From contig JBBQZX010000004.1 of NCBI GenBank assembly GCA_038207335.1, forward strand, positions 160,001-224,000: a stretch of 64,000 nt of DNA. The letters run 5' to 3'. The position numbers and the translations under genes were made by a program. This DNA is from Chthoniobacterales bacterium. Lineage in GTDB: Bacteria > Verrucomicrobiota > Verrucomicrobiia > Chthoniobacterales > Chthoniobacteraceae. Positions within the stretch are counted from its first letter, which is position 1. Every line of letters starts with the position of its first letter. The notes beneath the pieces are model-generated. The model worked only from the letters and a program-made list of their open reading frames with translations, was not told the origin of the DNA and did no database searches. Positions 19,576 through 27,753 of the stretch are shown here, piece by piece.

Positions 19576-20358
19576 TTATTCCTCGTATAGCAGGGCGCGA
19601 ATGGCCGTATCGGTGAGCGGACGCCAAGTCATGGGCGTGGGGGATGCGCGCTCGAGGATGGCGGCTTCGAGCGTGGCGGACGCGAGTTGCTCTTCGCGAT
19701 GGCGGGCGAGTTCGGTGTGAGTCGGGAGGTCTTCGCGCGAGTCGTCGGTGAGCGTGAGGTGGCCGATGAGCCAGGCGTGCAGGGCGACTCCGATGGCGTG
19801 TTTCAGCGTCGTGTCTTCCAGCTTTTGCTCGCGCAAATATCGCTCCATGAGCGACGTCGAAAGCGCCGTACCTGAGACGACGCCGAACTGCTCGAACTCA
19901 CGCGCGAACGGTCCGCCATTCGTGTGGATCGAGCCGTCGTATTCGAGGCGGAGGAAAAGATTCGGCGCGTCGCCGCGGCCGACTTCGGCGAAGAGGAGAC
20001 GCGTGAGATACGGCGGCCCATAGATCTGCTCGAACGCGGCCTTAAGCGCGGGGCTGAGGGAGTAATTCGCGAGGCGACGCAGCGAGACATCGTGGGGCGA
20101 GCGCGCGAAGCCCTCGGTGCTCGTGAGTTCGATCGAGGACATGCGCAGCCGTTCGAGATCGCCCGGATGCCCGATGCCGCCCATCGCGATACGATCGTAG
20201 ATTTCAAACAGCTTCTGCCGCTCGCGCCCGAGTGTGAAAAGCAGCACGCCGTCGCGATACGTGACCGCCGCGATGGGACTGCCGCCCGCGAGCTGATGCT
20301 CGATGTATTCGCGGCGATTCGCGATCGCCTCGACCCAGCGATATGGCTCCTCGGTCAC
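19576..20358 (-). CDS. prcA: 20S proteasome alpha subunit
   Basis: GSPIAAVTYRDGVLLFT, QKLFEIYDRIAMGGIGHPGDLERLR; coupled to the beta subunit by an ATGA overlap. Confidence 0.9.
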   Translation of the reverse strand: MTEEPYRWVEAIANRREYIEHQLAGGSPIAAVTYRDGVLLFTLGRERQKLFEIYDRIAMGGIGHPGDLERLRMSSIELTSTEGFARSPHDVSLRRLANYSLSPALKAAFEQIYGPPYLTRLLFAEVGRGDAPNLFLRLEYDGSIHTNGGPFAREFEQFGVVSGTALSTSLMERYLREQKLEDTTLKHAIGVALHAWLIGHLTLTDDSREDLPTHTELARHREEQLASATLEAAILERASPTPMTWRPLTDTAIRALLYEE

Positions 20359-21158
20359 GAGACTTTCTCCTTGAACATCCGCGCGAGCTGCTTCTCCGAC
20401 AAAGTTGCGATGCCGCGGCGCGTCACCGTTTTCACGATCGGATACACGCGTCCGCGCCGATCGACGCCGCCGGTGGCGGTGTCAGTCTCCGCCGCGGTGT
20501 CGAGCGTGCGTAGCGCGAGCAGCACGGCTTCGGGCTCCTTCATTTTGCGCAGCGGTTTTTTCCCCCACGTATTTTCGTAGTGGAGAATGCTGCGCACCGA
20601 GCCGGAGCCGGAGCCGCTCGCGGCGTAATCGGCGGCCTCGAATTGCGCGCCCATCGCGTCGTAAAAATAAAGACGCGCCGCATCGGCATCCGTGTCGAAA
20701 GTCGCGAACAGGGGCACCACGACGCCGACGCCTTGCATCACAAATCCGAGATTGTCGCGGAGCAGCTTCGAAAGCGCGCGCACCTTTCCCTCGTGGCTCA
20801 TTTCCTGGAGCTGGCTGCGGCGGTAAAATTGAAACGAATGCTCGAGCACACGCGCCATTTCCCAAGCAGTCGCCGGCACGCCCGCGATGGCCATGAGCGA
20901 GTGGCTGTCGATTTCGAGCACTTTGTCCGCGCGATCATACACGACGAGATTTCCCGCCGTCGCGCGCCGGTCGCCCGCGACGAGAACGCCGTCGGCAAAT
21001 TTAAACGCCAAAATCGTGGTCGCCTGCGTTTGCTCAGGCGCGGGAGTATGGGCTGCAAAACCTGTGGCAGCGGGGCTCGGCGGGTAGAGGCCGTGCCGCC
21101 GGAGCATCCCAGCGAAGTCTTCCGACGCGGCGGCTCCAGCCACGGGCGAGGCGTCCAT
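20355..21158 (-). CDS. prcB: 20S proteasome beta subunit (Ntn hydrolase) with 46-aa propeptide
   Basis: TTILAFKFADGVLVAGDRRATAG...DKV, ASGSGS, DTATGG. Confidence 0.93.
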   Translation of the reverse strand: MDASPVAGAAASEDFAGMLRRHGLYPPSPAATGFAAHTPAPEQTQATTILAFKFADGVLVAGDRRATAGNLVVYDRADKVLEIDSHSLMAIAGVPATAWEMARVLEHSFQFYRRSQLQEMSHEGKVRALSKLLRDNLGFVMQGVGVVVPLFATFDTDADAARLYFYDAMGAQFEAADYAASGSGSGSVRSILHYENTWGKKPLRKMKEPEAVLLALRTLDTAAETDTATGGVDRRGRVYPIVKTVTRRGIATLSEKQLARMFKEKVS

Positions 21159-21334
21159 TACTGTCCCGTCCGCTGGCGGTATCGCTGCGATTGATTCGGG
21201 TCCACACGGCGCATTCGCTGGAGCAAATCTTTCGTGTCAGGCTTTGAAACGTCGGGGCTTTTCGGCCCGTCGCCTTCGCCCTTCTTCGGCTCCCAAGGCG
21301 CGGGCCCAGTCGGTCGTTGCGTCCGTTCAGGCAT
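21158..21334 (-). CDS. ubact: Ubiquitin-like protein UBact (Pup homologue), 58 aa
   Basis: Below the ORF-track cutoff: MPERTQRPTGPAPWEPKKGEGDGPKSPDVSKPDTKDLLQRMRRVDPNQSQRYRQRTGQ*. It carries the R[T/S]G[E/Q] C-terminus and its stop overlaps the prcB start (TAATG). Confidence 0.92.
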   Translation of the reverse strand: MPERTQRPTGPAPWEPKKGEGDGPKSPDVSKPDTKDLLQRMRRVDPNQSQRYRQRTGQ

Positions 21335-21341
21335 GGCTGGA

Positions 21342-21369
21342 ACTTTATGAACCGCGACTCAAAACGCAA
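21342..21369 (-). promoter_or_regulatory. Putative sigma70 promoter, leaderless, for ubact-prcBA
   Basis: TTGCGT-N16-TAAAGT-N7-ATG on the minus strand; no Shine-Dalgarno sequence. Confidence 0.5.
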
Positions 21370-21452
21370 GGCCCGCCCGCGCCGACGCCGCGGCGCGATA
21401 TGTAGATAATCGTGCGGCTGCACTTGCCAGTTTCCCCAGAAAATGAGAACCA

Positions 21453-21899
21453 ATGAACATGAGGCGATTGATCCCGATTTTACTACTCCTCTCTCTGCTC
21501 CCGCTCGTGCGCGGCGCGGACGAGGCGGAATCCGTCGAGCTCCGCGAAATCCGCGAACTGCTCGTCCAGCAAGCCAAAAAGATCGAAACGCTCGCGGGAC
21601 AGGTCGCGAAATTGACTCAAACGATCGAAGCTCAAAAAGAAACCGCCGCGGCACAAGCCCCCGCCGCAGCCGAGCCCGCTCCGGAAGCGCCGGTGCCGCG
21701 CGCCGAGGCCGTGGAGCCCGCCCCGCGACATGTGGTGGAGAAAGGCGAGACATTGACCTCCATCGCAAAGCACTACAACATCACTATTTCCGAGCTGCAG
21801 AACTTGAATAAAATCACCGACGGGCGGAAATTGCAGATCGGACAGTCTCTCATCATCCCCGCGCCAAAAGCGCCTGAACCCCCCGCCGATAAAAAGTAA
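21453..21899 (+). CDS. Secreted LysM-domain protein
   Basis: Signal peptide, coiled coil, HVVEKGETLTSIAKHYNITISELQNLN...LQIGQSLIIP. Confidence 0.92.
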   Translation: MNMRRLIPILLLLSLLPLVRGADEAESVELREIRELLVQQAKKIETLAGQVAKLTQTIEAQKETAAAQAPAAAEPAPEAPVPRAEAVEPAPRHVVEKGETLTSIAKHYNITISELQNLNKITDGRKLQIGQSLIIPAPKAPEPPADKK

Positions 21900-21909
21900 T
21901 TTTCTGAAC

Positions 21910-22428
21910 ATGGACGAGTCGCAACGCTGGTATCTTTTGAAACATGACGACGGGTCGCTTTTCGGTCCCATCGGCTTCGAGCAGTTGAAACAATGGGCGG
22001 TCGAGGCGCAGATTTCGCCGTTGGATAAGGTCTCCAACGACGAGAAAAACTGGGTGAAATCGCCGATGATCCCCGACCTCGAAATGGACTATTTGGTCGA
22101 GGTGAGCCCCGATCAATTTTACGGACCGACGACCATCGGGGCGGTGCGCGAGTTTCTGCAGATGGGCGAAATCGGAAGCGAAACGCGCATCACGAATTGT
22201 CGCGACGGTAGCGAGCGGCTCGTGAATGAAATCCCGGAACTCGCCACGCAGGCGACTGAGGAAGAGCAGCCAATCCGTACAAGCAGCATCCGGCGCAATT
22301 TGCAACAGCGCATTCGCGAACTCGAAGAGGCGTTGCTCGACGAGCGCCGCGGACGCGAATCCGCGGAATCAATGGTGGACAAGCTCGAGGCGAAACTCGC
22401 GAGCGTGAGCCGCGCCGCTTCGCTGTAA
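21910..22428 (+). CDS. Tandem GYF_2 (DUF4339)-like protein with C-terminal coiled coil
   Basis: WYL....FGPI.FEQL...ISP...V...NW and YLV...YGPT...V..FL..GEI..ET; heptad tail LQQRIRELEEAL. Confidence 0.7.
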   Translation: MDESQRWYLLKHDDGSLFGPIGFEQLKQWAVEAQISPLDKVSNDEKNWVKSPMIPDLEMDYLVEVSPDQFYGPTTIGAVREFLQMGEIGSETRITNCRDGSERLVNEIPELATQATEEEQPIRTSSIRRNLQQRIRELEEALLDERRGRESAESMVDKLEAKLASVSRAASL

Positions 22429-22449
22429 ACGGTCGCAATCTTTTCAGAC

Positions 22450-22484
22450 AGCCCGCCATTTCGCGAGGAATGGCGGGCTTTTTC
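22450..22484 (+). terminator. Rho-independent terminator
   Basis: AGCCCGCCATT/AATGGCGGGCT stem with GCGA loop followed by TTTTT, between convergent genes. Confidence 0.85.
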
Positions 22485-22561
22485 TTGCTTGTCGGATTCT
22501 GATTTCCGCTGGGCGAGATCGGCGCGCGTTTTGGAGGCGCGACGACTCCCAATCGATGGAG

Positions 22562-23203
22562 TTATTTCGCCGGGGCTGCGGGCGGCGGCTCCGGCGCGGG
22601 CGTGGAGGGCTCGGGAGTTGCCGGTTTTGGCTCGGCAGCAGGTGCAGGAGCCGCAGCAGGCTCGGCGACAGGCGGCTTTGGCTCGACCGGCGCGGCGTTT
22701 GCGGGCTTTTCCAGCGCAGGTGCAGACGGTGCCGGATCTTCAGGTTTCGGCTGGCTCGCAGGCGCCGGTGCAGCGGGCATTTTCTCGGGCGCGACAGGCG
22801 CGGGGTTTTCCGCTGGAGCAGCGGGCTGAACGGGCGGCGTTGTAGCCTCGGGTGTCGTCGGAATCGCAGCGGGCACCGGAACCACTGGTGCAGGCGTCGC
22901 GGGAGCTGGCGGGATGACCGTCGGCGCGGTGAGCTTTTGGTGAATCGCGCTCTGGATACGCGTCTGTTTCACGTAGAGGCTCGAGAGCAAAAGCGTGAGG
23001 ACGAAGAAAATCCCGGCGAGCCAGCGGGTGATCGTCTGGAGCACATTCGTCGTCTGCGCGCCGAACAAATTGTCCGTCATCCCGCCGCCGAATGCCGCGC
23101 CGAGACCTTCATTTTTCGGGCGCTGCATGAGCACCAGCAGGACGATGAGCAGCGAGACTAAAATGTGAATCGCGAGCAAAAAATTGATAACAATCGGCAA
23201 CAT
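22562..23203 (-). CDS. secG: Preprotein translocase subunit SecG with long Pro/Ala-rich tail
   Basis: LVLMQRPKNEGLGAAFGGG..LFGAQTTNVLQTIT, two TMs. Confidence 0.93.
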   Translation of the reverse strand: MLPIVINFLLAIHILVSLLIVLLVLMQRPKNEGLGAAFGGGMTDNLFGAQTTNVLQTITRWLAGIFFVLTLLLSSLYVKQTRIQSAIHQKLTAPTVIPPAPATPAPVVPVPAAIPTTPEATTPPVQPAAPAENPAPVAPEKMPAAPAPASQPKPEDPAPSAPALEKPANAAPVEPKPPVAEPAAAPAPAAEPKPATPEPSTPAPEPPPAAPAK

Positions 23204-23357
23204 GGGGCGCGGAATATGGGGGAAACACCCCGACCTGTAAAATGAAGTTTGTGCGTTTCAAGCGGCCCCTCATTCTGCCTGCAACTGCGGCAAATTTTCC
23301 GCACCCGCACCACAAAACTAAGACTCACTCTCTTCGTAGATTGACCGCCAGACACCC

Positions 23358-24677
23358 ATGAAATCGCCCCTCCCGTTCCTCGCCCTCTCAATTCTCTGCA
23401 CCCTCGCCGCGCGCGCGGAAAACTGGGCGCAATGGCGCGGTCCCGCCTTTAACGGCTCTTCGCCCGAAACCAATCTGCCCTCAAGCTGGAGTGCAACGGA
23501 CGGCGTCAAATGGAGCGCGCCCCTGCCCGGTCCGAGCGGTGCGACGCCCGCAATTTGGGGCGATTCGATTTTCGTCTCCAGCACCGATGCAAGCAAAAAT
23601 CTGCTCCTCCTCTGCCTTGATCGGAAAGACGGGAAGGTGCGTTGGCAAAAGAATATCGTCGAAGGCGGGAACATCGACAAAGGCCGCGGCAACATGGCAT
23701 CGCCGTCACCGGTCACCGATGGCAAAACGGTCTTCGCGCTTTACGGCACAAGCCACCTCGCCGCGTTCGATTTCGACGGGCAGGAGTTGTGGCGGCGCGA
23801 CCTCGGAGCCGATTACGGGAAGTTCGCCATCATGTGGACCTACGGCTCCAGTCCGCTGCTTTTCGGAGGAAAACTCTACGTCCAAGTGCTCCAGCGATCA
23901 CCCGCCCCGGCTGATTATCCCGGCCTCGCCGGTGCCGCAGGCGACAGGGAGAGCTACCTCCTCGCGCTCGATCCCGCGACCGGAAAAAGCCTCTGGAAGC
24001 AAGTCCGTGCCACCGACGCAAAACTCGAATCTTCCGAGAGCTACGCCTCGCCAATTCCACATGTCGTCCCCGGTGCGAAACCGCAAATCCTGCTCGTCGG
24101 CGGCGACTGCCTCACCGGCCACGACGCGGAAACCGGTGCGGAGTTGTGGCGCGGATTCGGGATCAACCGCAAGCGCGGCGAATGGATGCGCGTCGTCTCG
24201 AGCCCCGTCAGCGCCGCTGGATTTGCCATAGCGTGCGGGCCGAAAAAAGAGCAGCTCCTCGCCTTTCGCACCGACATGAAAGGCGACATCACAGAAAGCG
24301 GAATCGCGTGGGCTTTCGACGAAAAAAAGACGCCGGACGTCTGCACGCCCGCCATCTACGATGGAAAGCTGCTCGTGCTGGACGGCGACTCGCAGACGCT
24401 CACCTGCCTCGATCCGAAGACCGGCGTAAAGAAGTGGCAGGGCAACCTCGGCGACCGCACAGTCGTCCGCAGTTCGCCGACAGCGGCGGACGGCAAACTC
24501 TACGTGATCAACGAAAAAGGGACGGTCTTCGTCTGCGGCATCGGCGATGAATTCAAACTCCTCGCAACCATCCCAATGGGCGGCGCGGAAGGTACGCGCT
24601 CCTCGATCGCCGTTTCCGACGGCGAGCTTTTCATCCGCACCACCGACGCGCTGCACTGCATCGGAAAATCGAAATAG
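23358..24677 (+). CDS. PQQ-like beta-propeller repeat protein (BamB-like, PVC type)
   Basis: Signal peptide, NWAQWRGP..NG, repeated C/ALD..TG..LW and SSP motifs. Confidence 0.9.
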   Translation: MKSPLPFLALSILCTLAARAENWAQWRGPAFNGSSPETNLPSSWSATDGVKWSAPLPGPSGATPAIWGDSIFVSSTDASKNLLLLCLDRKDGKVRWQKNIVEGGNIDKGRGNMASPSPVTDGKTVFALYGTSHLAAFDFDGQELWRRDLGADYGKFAIMWTYGSSPLLFGGKLYVQVLQRSPAPADYPGLAGAAGDRESYLLALDPATGKSLWKQVRATDAKLESSESYASPIPHVVPGAKPQILLVGGDCLTGHDAETGAELWRGFGINRKRGEWMRVVSSPVSAAGFAIACGPKKEQLLAFRTDMKGDITESGIAWAFDEKKTPDVCTPAIYDGKLLVLDGDSQTLTCLDPKTGVKKWQGNLGDRTVVRSSPTAADGKLYVINEKGTVFVCGIGDEFKLLATIPMGGAEGTRSSIAVSDGELFIRTTDALHCIGKSK

Positions 24678-24708
24678 CGAAGTCGGGCTCCAGCCGCGCT
24701 ATCACGCG

Positions 24709-25632
24709 TTACTCCTTTTCGGATTTCTCGTGCGCCGCGTGATTGGTCTCCCAGCGGGCGAGCGATTCATCGTGAAGATGGCGCCGGCGGGAGAGCTTTG
24801 AGATGAGGCCGTAGCGGGGGCTGAAAAAGTAGGCGCAGAGAAAAATGAAACCCAGCACGAGCACGATACACGCGCCTGAGGGGAGATTGAGCCAGTAGGA
24901 GACGAAGAGGCCGGCTGAGGAGCCCAGCATTCCGACGAGCGCGCCGCCCCAAAACATGGCGGCAAAGGAGTCGGAGAAAAGGTAGATGGAGGCCGCAGGC
25001 GCAATGAGCATCCCCAGCGCGAGGATGACCCCCACGGCTTGCAGCGAGGAGATCATGGAAAGGACGAGCAGGCCGATGAGCAGGTAGTTCAGGAGCCGAG
25101 TGCGAACACCCTGGCTTGCGGCGACCGAGGGCTCGAACATCATCAAAAGCAACGGGCGCTGGAAGGCGACGAGCAGCGGCAGGACGATGAGGCTGATGAA
25201 GTAGATGATCCATAGGTCTGCATCGGCGAGACCCAGGATATTTCCGAAGAGGTAATGGGTGACATTGACCTGCGACGGGGAGTAGTTCAGCAGCACGAGA
25301 CCCAGCGAGAAGGAGCACGCAAAGAGCAGGCCGAGCGAGGTGTCTTCCTTGATCCGCGAGCTACCGGAGATGATCTGCACACCCGCGGCGACTAGCAGAG
25401 CGGCGACCAGCGCACCGGCGAAAAGGGTTCCCGGCGTGAGGCCGAAAAGGATGAGTGCCACGGCAACTCCTGGGAGGAGCGAGTGGGCGATGGCATCGGC
25501 CATGAGCGCCAGTCGGCGCAGGACGATGAAGGCGCTGAGCGCGCCATTCACAAAGCCGATGAGCGCGCATCCGAAGAGCGCGCGCAGCATGAATTCGTGC
25601 TGGAAAGGTTCAAGCAGCCACGCCGTGGTCAT
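24709..25632 (-). CDS. Zn/Mn ABC transporter permease
   Basis: DAIAHSLLPG, HYLFGNILG, QAVGVIL...LIAPAA; His-containing tail. Confidence 0.93.
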   Translation of the reverse strand: MTTAWLLEPFQHEFMLRALFGCALIGFVNGALSAFIVLRRLALMADAIAHSLLPGVAVALILFGLTPGTLFAGALVAALLVAAGVQIISGSSRIKEDTSLGLLFACSFSLGLVLLNYSPSQVNVTHYLFGNILGLADADLWIIYFISLIVLPLLVAFQRPLLLMMFEPSVAASQGVRTRLLNYLLIGLLVLSMISSLQAVGVILALGMLIAPAASIYLFSDSFAAMFWGGALVGMLGSSAGLFVSYWLNLPSGACIVLVLGFIFLCAYFFSPRYGLISKLSRRRHLHDESLARWETNHAAHEKSEKE

Positions 25633-26362
25633 GAGTGCCTCCTGAGAAGATGTGAGTGTGAAAGGTCTTCGTGATGTTCGTCTCGTGGAAGACCTCCGTG
25701 GTGTCTCCGAAGGCGATGAGTTCGCCGTTGAGGAAGATGACTTGGTCGAAAAGTTCGGGGACGGACTTGAGGTCGTGGTGGGAGCCGATCACGAGGTTTC
25801 CAGCATCCGCGAGTTTATGGATGGTCTGTCCGAGCAGCTCTTGCGCGGGCTTGTCGAGGCCGGTGAAAGGTTCATCGAGCAGGAAGACGTGGGCGTTTTG
25901 GGCGAGTGCGCGTGCGATGAATGCGCGCTGCTGCTGACCACCCGAAAGCGCGCTGATTTGGCGGTCCGCGAGGTCTTCGAGTTCCATGAGGTGCATGGCT
26001 TCATCGACTGCTTCGGCGTCTTTCTTTGCAAAGGTGCGCCACCAGCCGAGCCGGACGTAGCGGCCCATCTCGACGAGGCCGCGGACGGTCGTGGGAAAAT
26101 CCCAGTCGATCATGCTGCGCTGTGGGAGGTAGGCGATGTCGCCGTTCTTCGCGGCGTTGCCGTGGCCTCCGAATTCGATGGAGCCTGTTTCCAGCGGCAC
26201 GAGACCTACAAGCGCCTTGAGCAGGGAAGTCTTGCCCGCGCCGTTCGGTCCGAGCAGGGCGATGCGGTGGCCGCAGTGGAGTTCGAGGTTCAGATGGTGA
26301 ACCGCAGGCACGCGCTTGTAGCTCACGGTCAGATCGCGGATGTCGAGTTGGTGCGAAGACAC
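25610..26362 (-). CDS. Zn/Mn ABC transporter ATP-binding protein
   Basis: GPNGAGKT, AYLPQRSMIDWDFP, LSGGQQQR, LLDEPF, HHDL. Confidence 0.95.
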   Translation of the reverse strand: MSSHQLDIRDLTVSYKRVPAVHHLNLELHCGHRIALLGPNGAGKTSLLKALVGLVPLETGSIEFGGHGNAAKNGDIAYLPQRSMIDWDFPTTVRGLVEMGRYVRLGWWRTFAKKDAEAVDEAMHLMELEDLADRQISALSGGQQQRAFIARALAQNAHVFLLDEPFTGLDKPAQELLGQTIHKLADAGNLVIGSHHDLKSVPELFDQVIFLNGELIAFGDTTEVFHETNITKTFHTHIFSGGTHDHGVAA

Positions 26363-26371
26363 GGCGCTAGT

Positions 26372-26788
26372 TCAGTTGAAGGTCAGCACGTCGCTCACGC
26401 TGCCTTTTCCCCACAGCGTTTGCGTTTTGGTCTCGATGCCGTCGGGAGTGACATCGAGTTTGACCGCCGCGGGATCGGGGAAGTCCCATGTGACATCGAC
26501 AAGAAGGTCGATTCCCTCTTTCGGGAAGATCAGCGCCAGTTCGGTCTGCGCTTCAAAATCGTTTGAGTTCCCTTGCCACACGATCTTACCGAGATGACTG
26601 ACCTCGTAGTGAAACGGCACCTTTGTCGAACTTATCGTGAGGTGGACTGCGGCAGGCGCTTCGGATGTTACTTTAGCTGCCTGTCCGAGCTGCGAAACCC
26701 GATGCGTGGTAAGGCTGCACAGCGGCACGATGAGCGCGAGCATCGCGACGAAGACTAGGATGAGCCGAATGAGTGGCGATCCTTTCAC
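26372..26788 (-). CDS. Membrane-anchored hypothetical protein inside the metal ABC operon
   Basis: 138 aa with GTG start, N-terminal TM and beta-rich C-terminal part; gaps of 3 and 9 nt to its neighbours. Confidence 0.7.
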   Translation of the reverse strand: MKGSPLIRLILVFVAMLALIVPLCSLTTHRVSQLGQAAKVTSEAPAAVHLTISSTKVPFHYEVSHLGKIVWQGNSNDFEAQTELALIFPKEGIDLLVDVTWDFPDPAAVKLDVTPDGIETKTQTLWGKGSVSDVLTFN

Positions 26789-26791
26789 GGG

Positions 26792-27664
26792 TTACTTCAG
26801 TGCGTCCACGATGGTGGAGACGTTGTGCTTCATCATCCCGGAGTAAGTTCCCGTCTCCCCGGTGCCGAGCCCGTCGGCGTAGAGCGTACCGCCGATCTTT
26901 GCGCCTGTCTCGCGGGTGATCTCGGTGACGACTTTTGGGTTCAGGGTGCTTTCGAGAAAGATCGCTTTGACTCCTTGCGCTTTTACTTCGTCGATGAGCT
27001 TTGCCACCGCGCGGTTCGACGGTTCCGTCTCGGTGTTCACGCCTTCGATCGCGAGGATGGTAAAGCCGTAGTCGTGGGCAAAGTATTGCAAGGCGTCGTG
27101 CGAGGTCACCAGCTTGCGCTTGTCGCGAGGCAGCTCGGCGACCTTTCGCTTTGCCCAGCTCTGCAAGTCATCCAGTCCTTTGGAATACTTTGCGGCGTTT
27201 GTGGTGAAGGTGTCCTTGTCCGCGGGGTCGACCTCGATGAGTTCGTCGCGGACGATCGCCGTGGCTTTCTTCACATTCTCCACGCTATGCCACCAGTGCG
27301 GGTCTTCGCTTGCTGCGCCGTCGATTCCTTTTGTTTTCAAAGATGGGATCTTGTCTCCGACCTTCACCAGCTTCGCGTGCCCGCCGGTGGCTTCCTGCAG
27401 CTTGTCGATGTAGCTGCCGAGATGTTTGCCTGAGGTGAAGATCAACTCCGAGGCACCGACTTCTTTCAGGTCGGCAGGCGTAGGCTGATACTCATGCGGG
27501 TCGGTGTCCGGCTTCACGAGACCCGCGACTTTCACATGGCTCCCACCGACCTCCTGCGCGATCTCCGTAAGGATCGTGGAAAAGCACGAGACCTTTACCG
27601 GGTCGGCGGCGGACGCGGAAAGCGCGGCGACCAGGATGGCGATGGCGAAGGCCGCAAATTTCAT
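26792..27664 (-). CDS. Metal ABC transporter substrate-binding protein (TroA/ZnuA/MntC family)
   Basis: DPHEY, DPHWWH, TSHDAL.YF, LYADG; start set at the MKFAAF signal peptide. Confidence 0.93.
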   Translation of the reverse strand: MKFAAFAIAILVAALSASAADPVKVSCFSTILTEIAQEVGGSHVKVAGLVKPDTDPHEYQPTPADLKEVGASELIFTSGKHLGSYIDKLQEATGGHAKLVKVGDKIPSLKTKGIDGAASEDPHWWHSVENVKKATAIVRDELIEVDPADKDTFTTNAAKYSKGLDDLQSWAKRKVAELPRDKRKLVTSHDALQYFAHDYGFTILAIEGVNTETEPSNRAVAKLIDEVKAQGVKAIFLESTLNPKVVTEITRETGAKIGGTLYADGLGTGETGTYSGMMKHNVSTIVDALK

Positions 27665-27672
27665 GGCGGCGG

Positions 27673-27701
27673 AGCGTAGGAAGGCAGTCGGCGGGTTGCA
27701 A
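27673..27701 (-). promoter_or_regulatory. Putative near-leaderless sigma70 promoter of the metal ABC operon
   Basis: TTGCAA-N17-TACGCT-N8-ATG. Confidence 0.5.
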
Positions 27702-27722
27702 CTACTCGCGCTTTTTCTGCAA

Positions 27723-27753
27723 ACGACCCGCCGGGATCGGCGATCCCGGCTAT
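27723..27753 (-). repeat. GTAG-family REP-like palindrome, copy 1
   Basis: ATAGCCGGGATCGCCGATCCCGG...CGGGTCGT; supplies the TAG stop of the PEP-CTERM gene; matches 35994-36028. Confidence 0.65.

Noticed and set aside
27696..27712. Fur/Zur/Mur box before the metal ABC operon
   Set aside because: Only one TTGCAA half-site, which is better explained as the -35 element.
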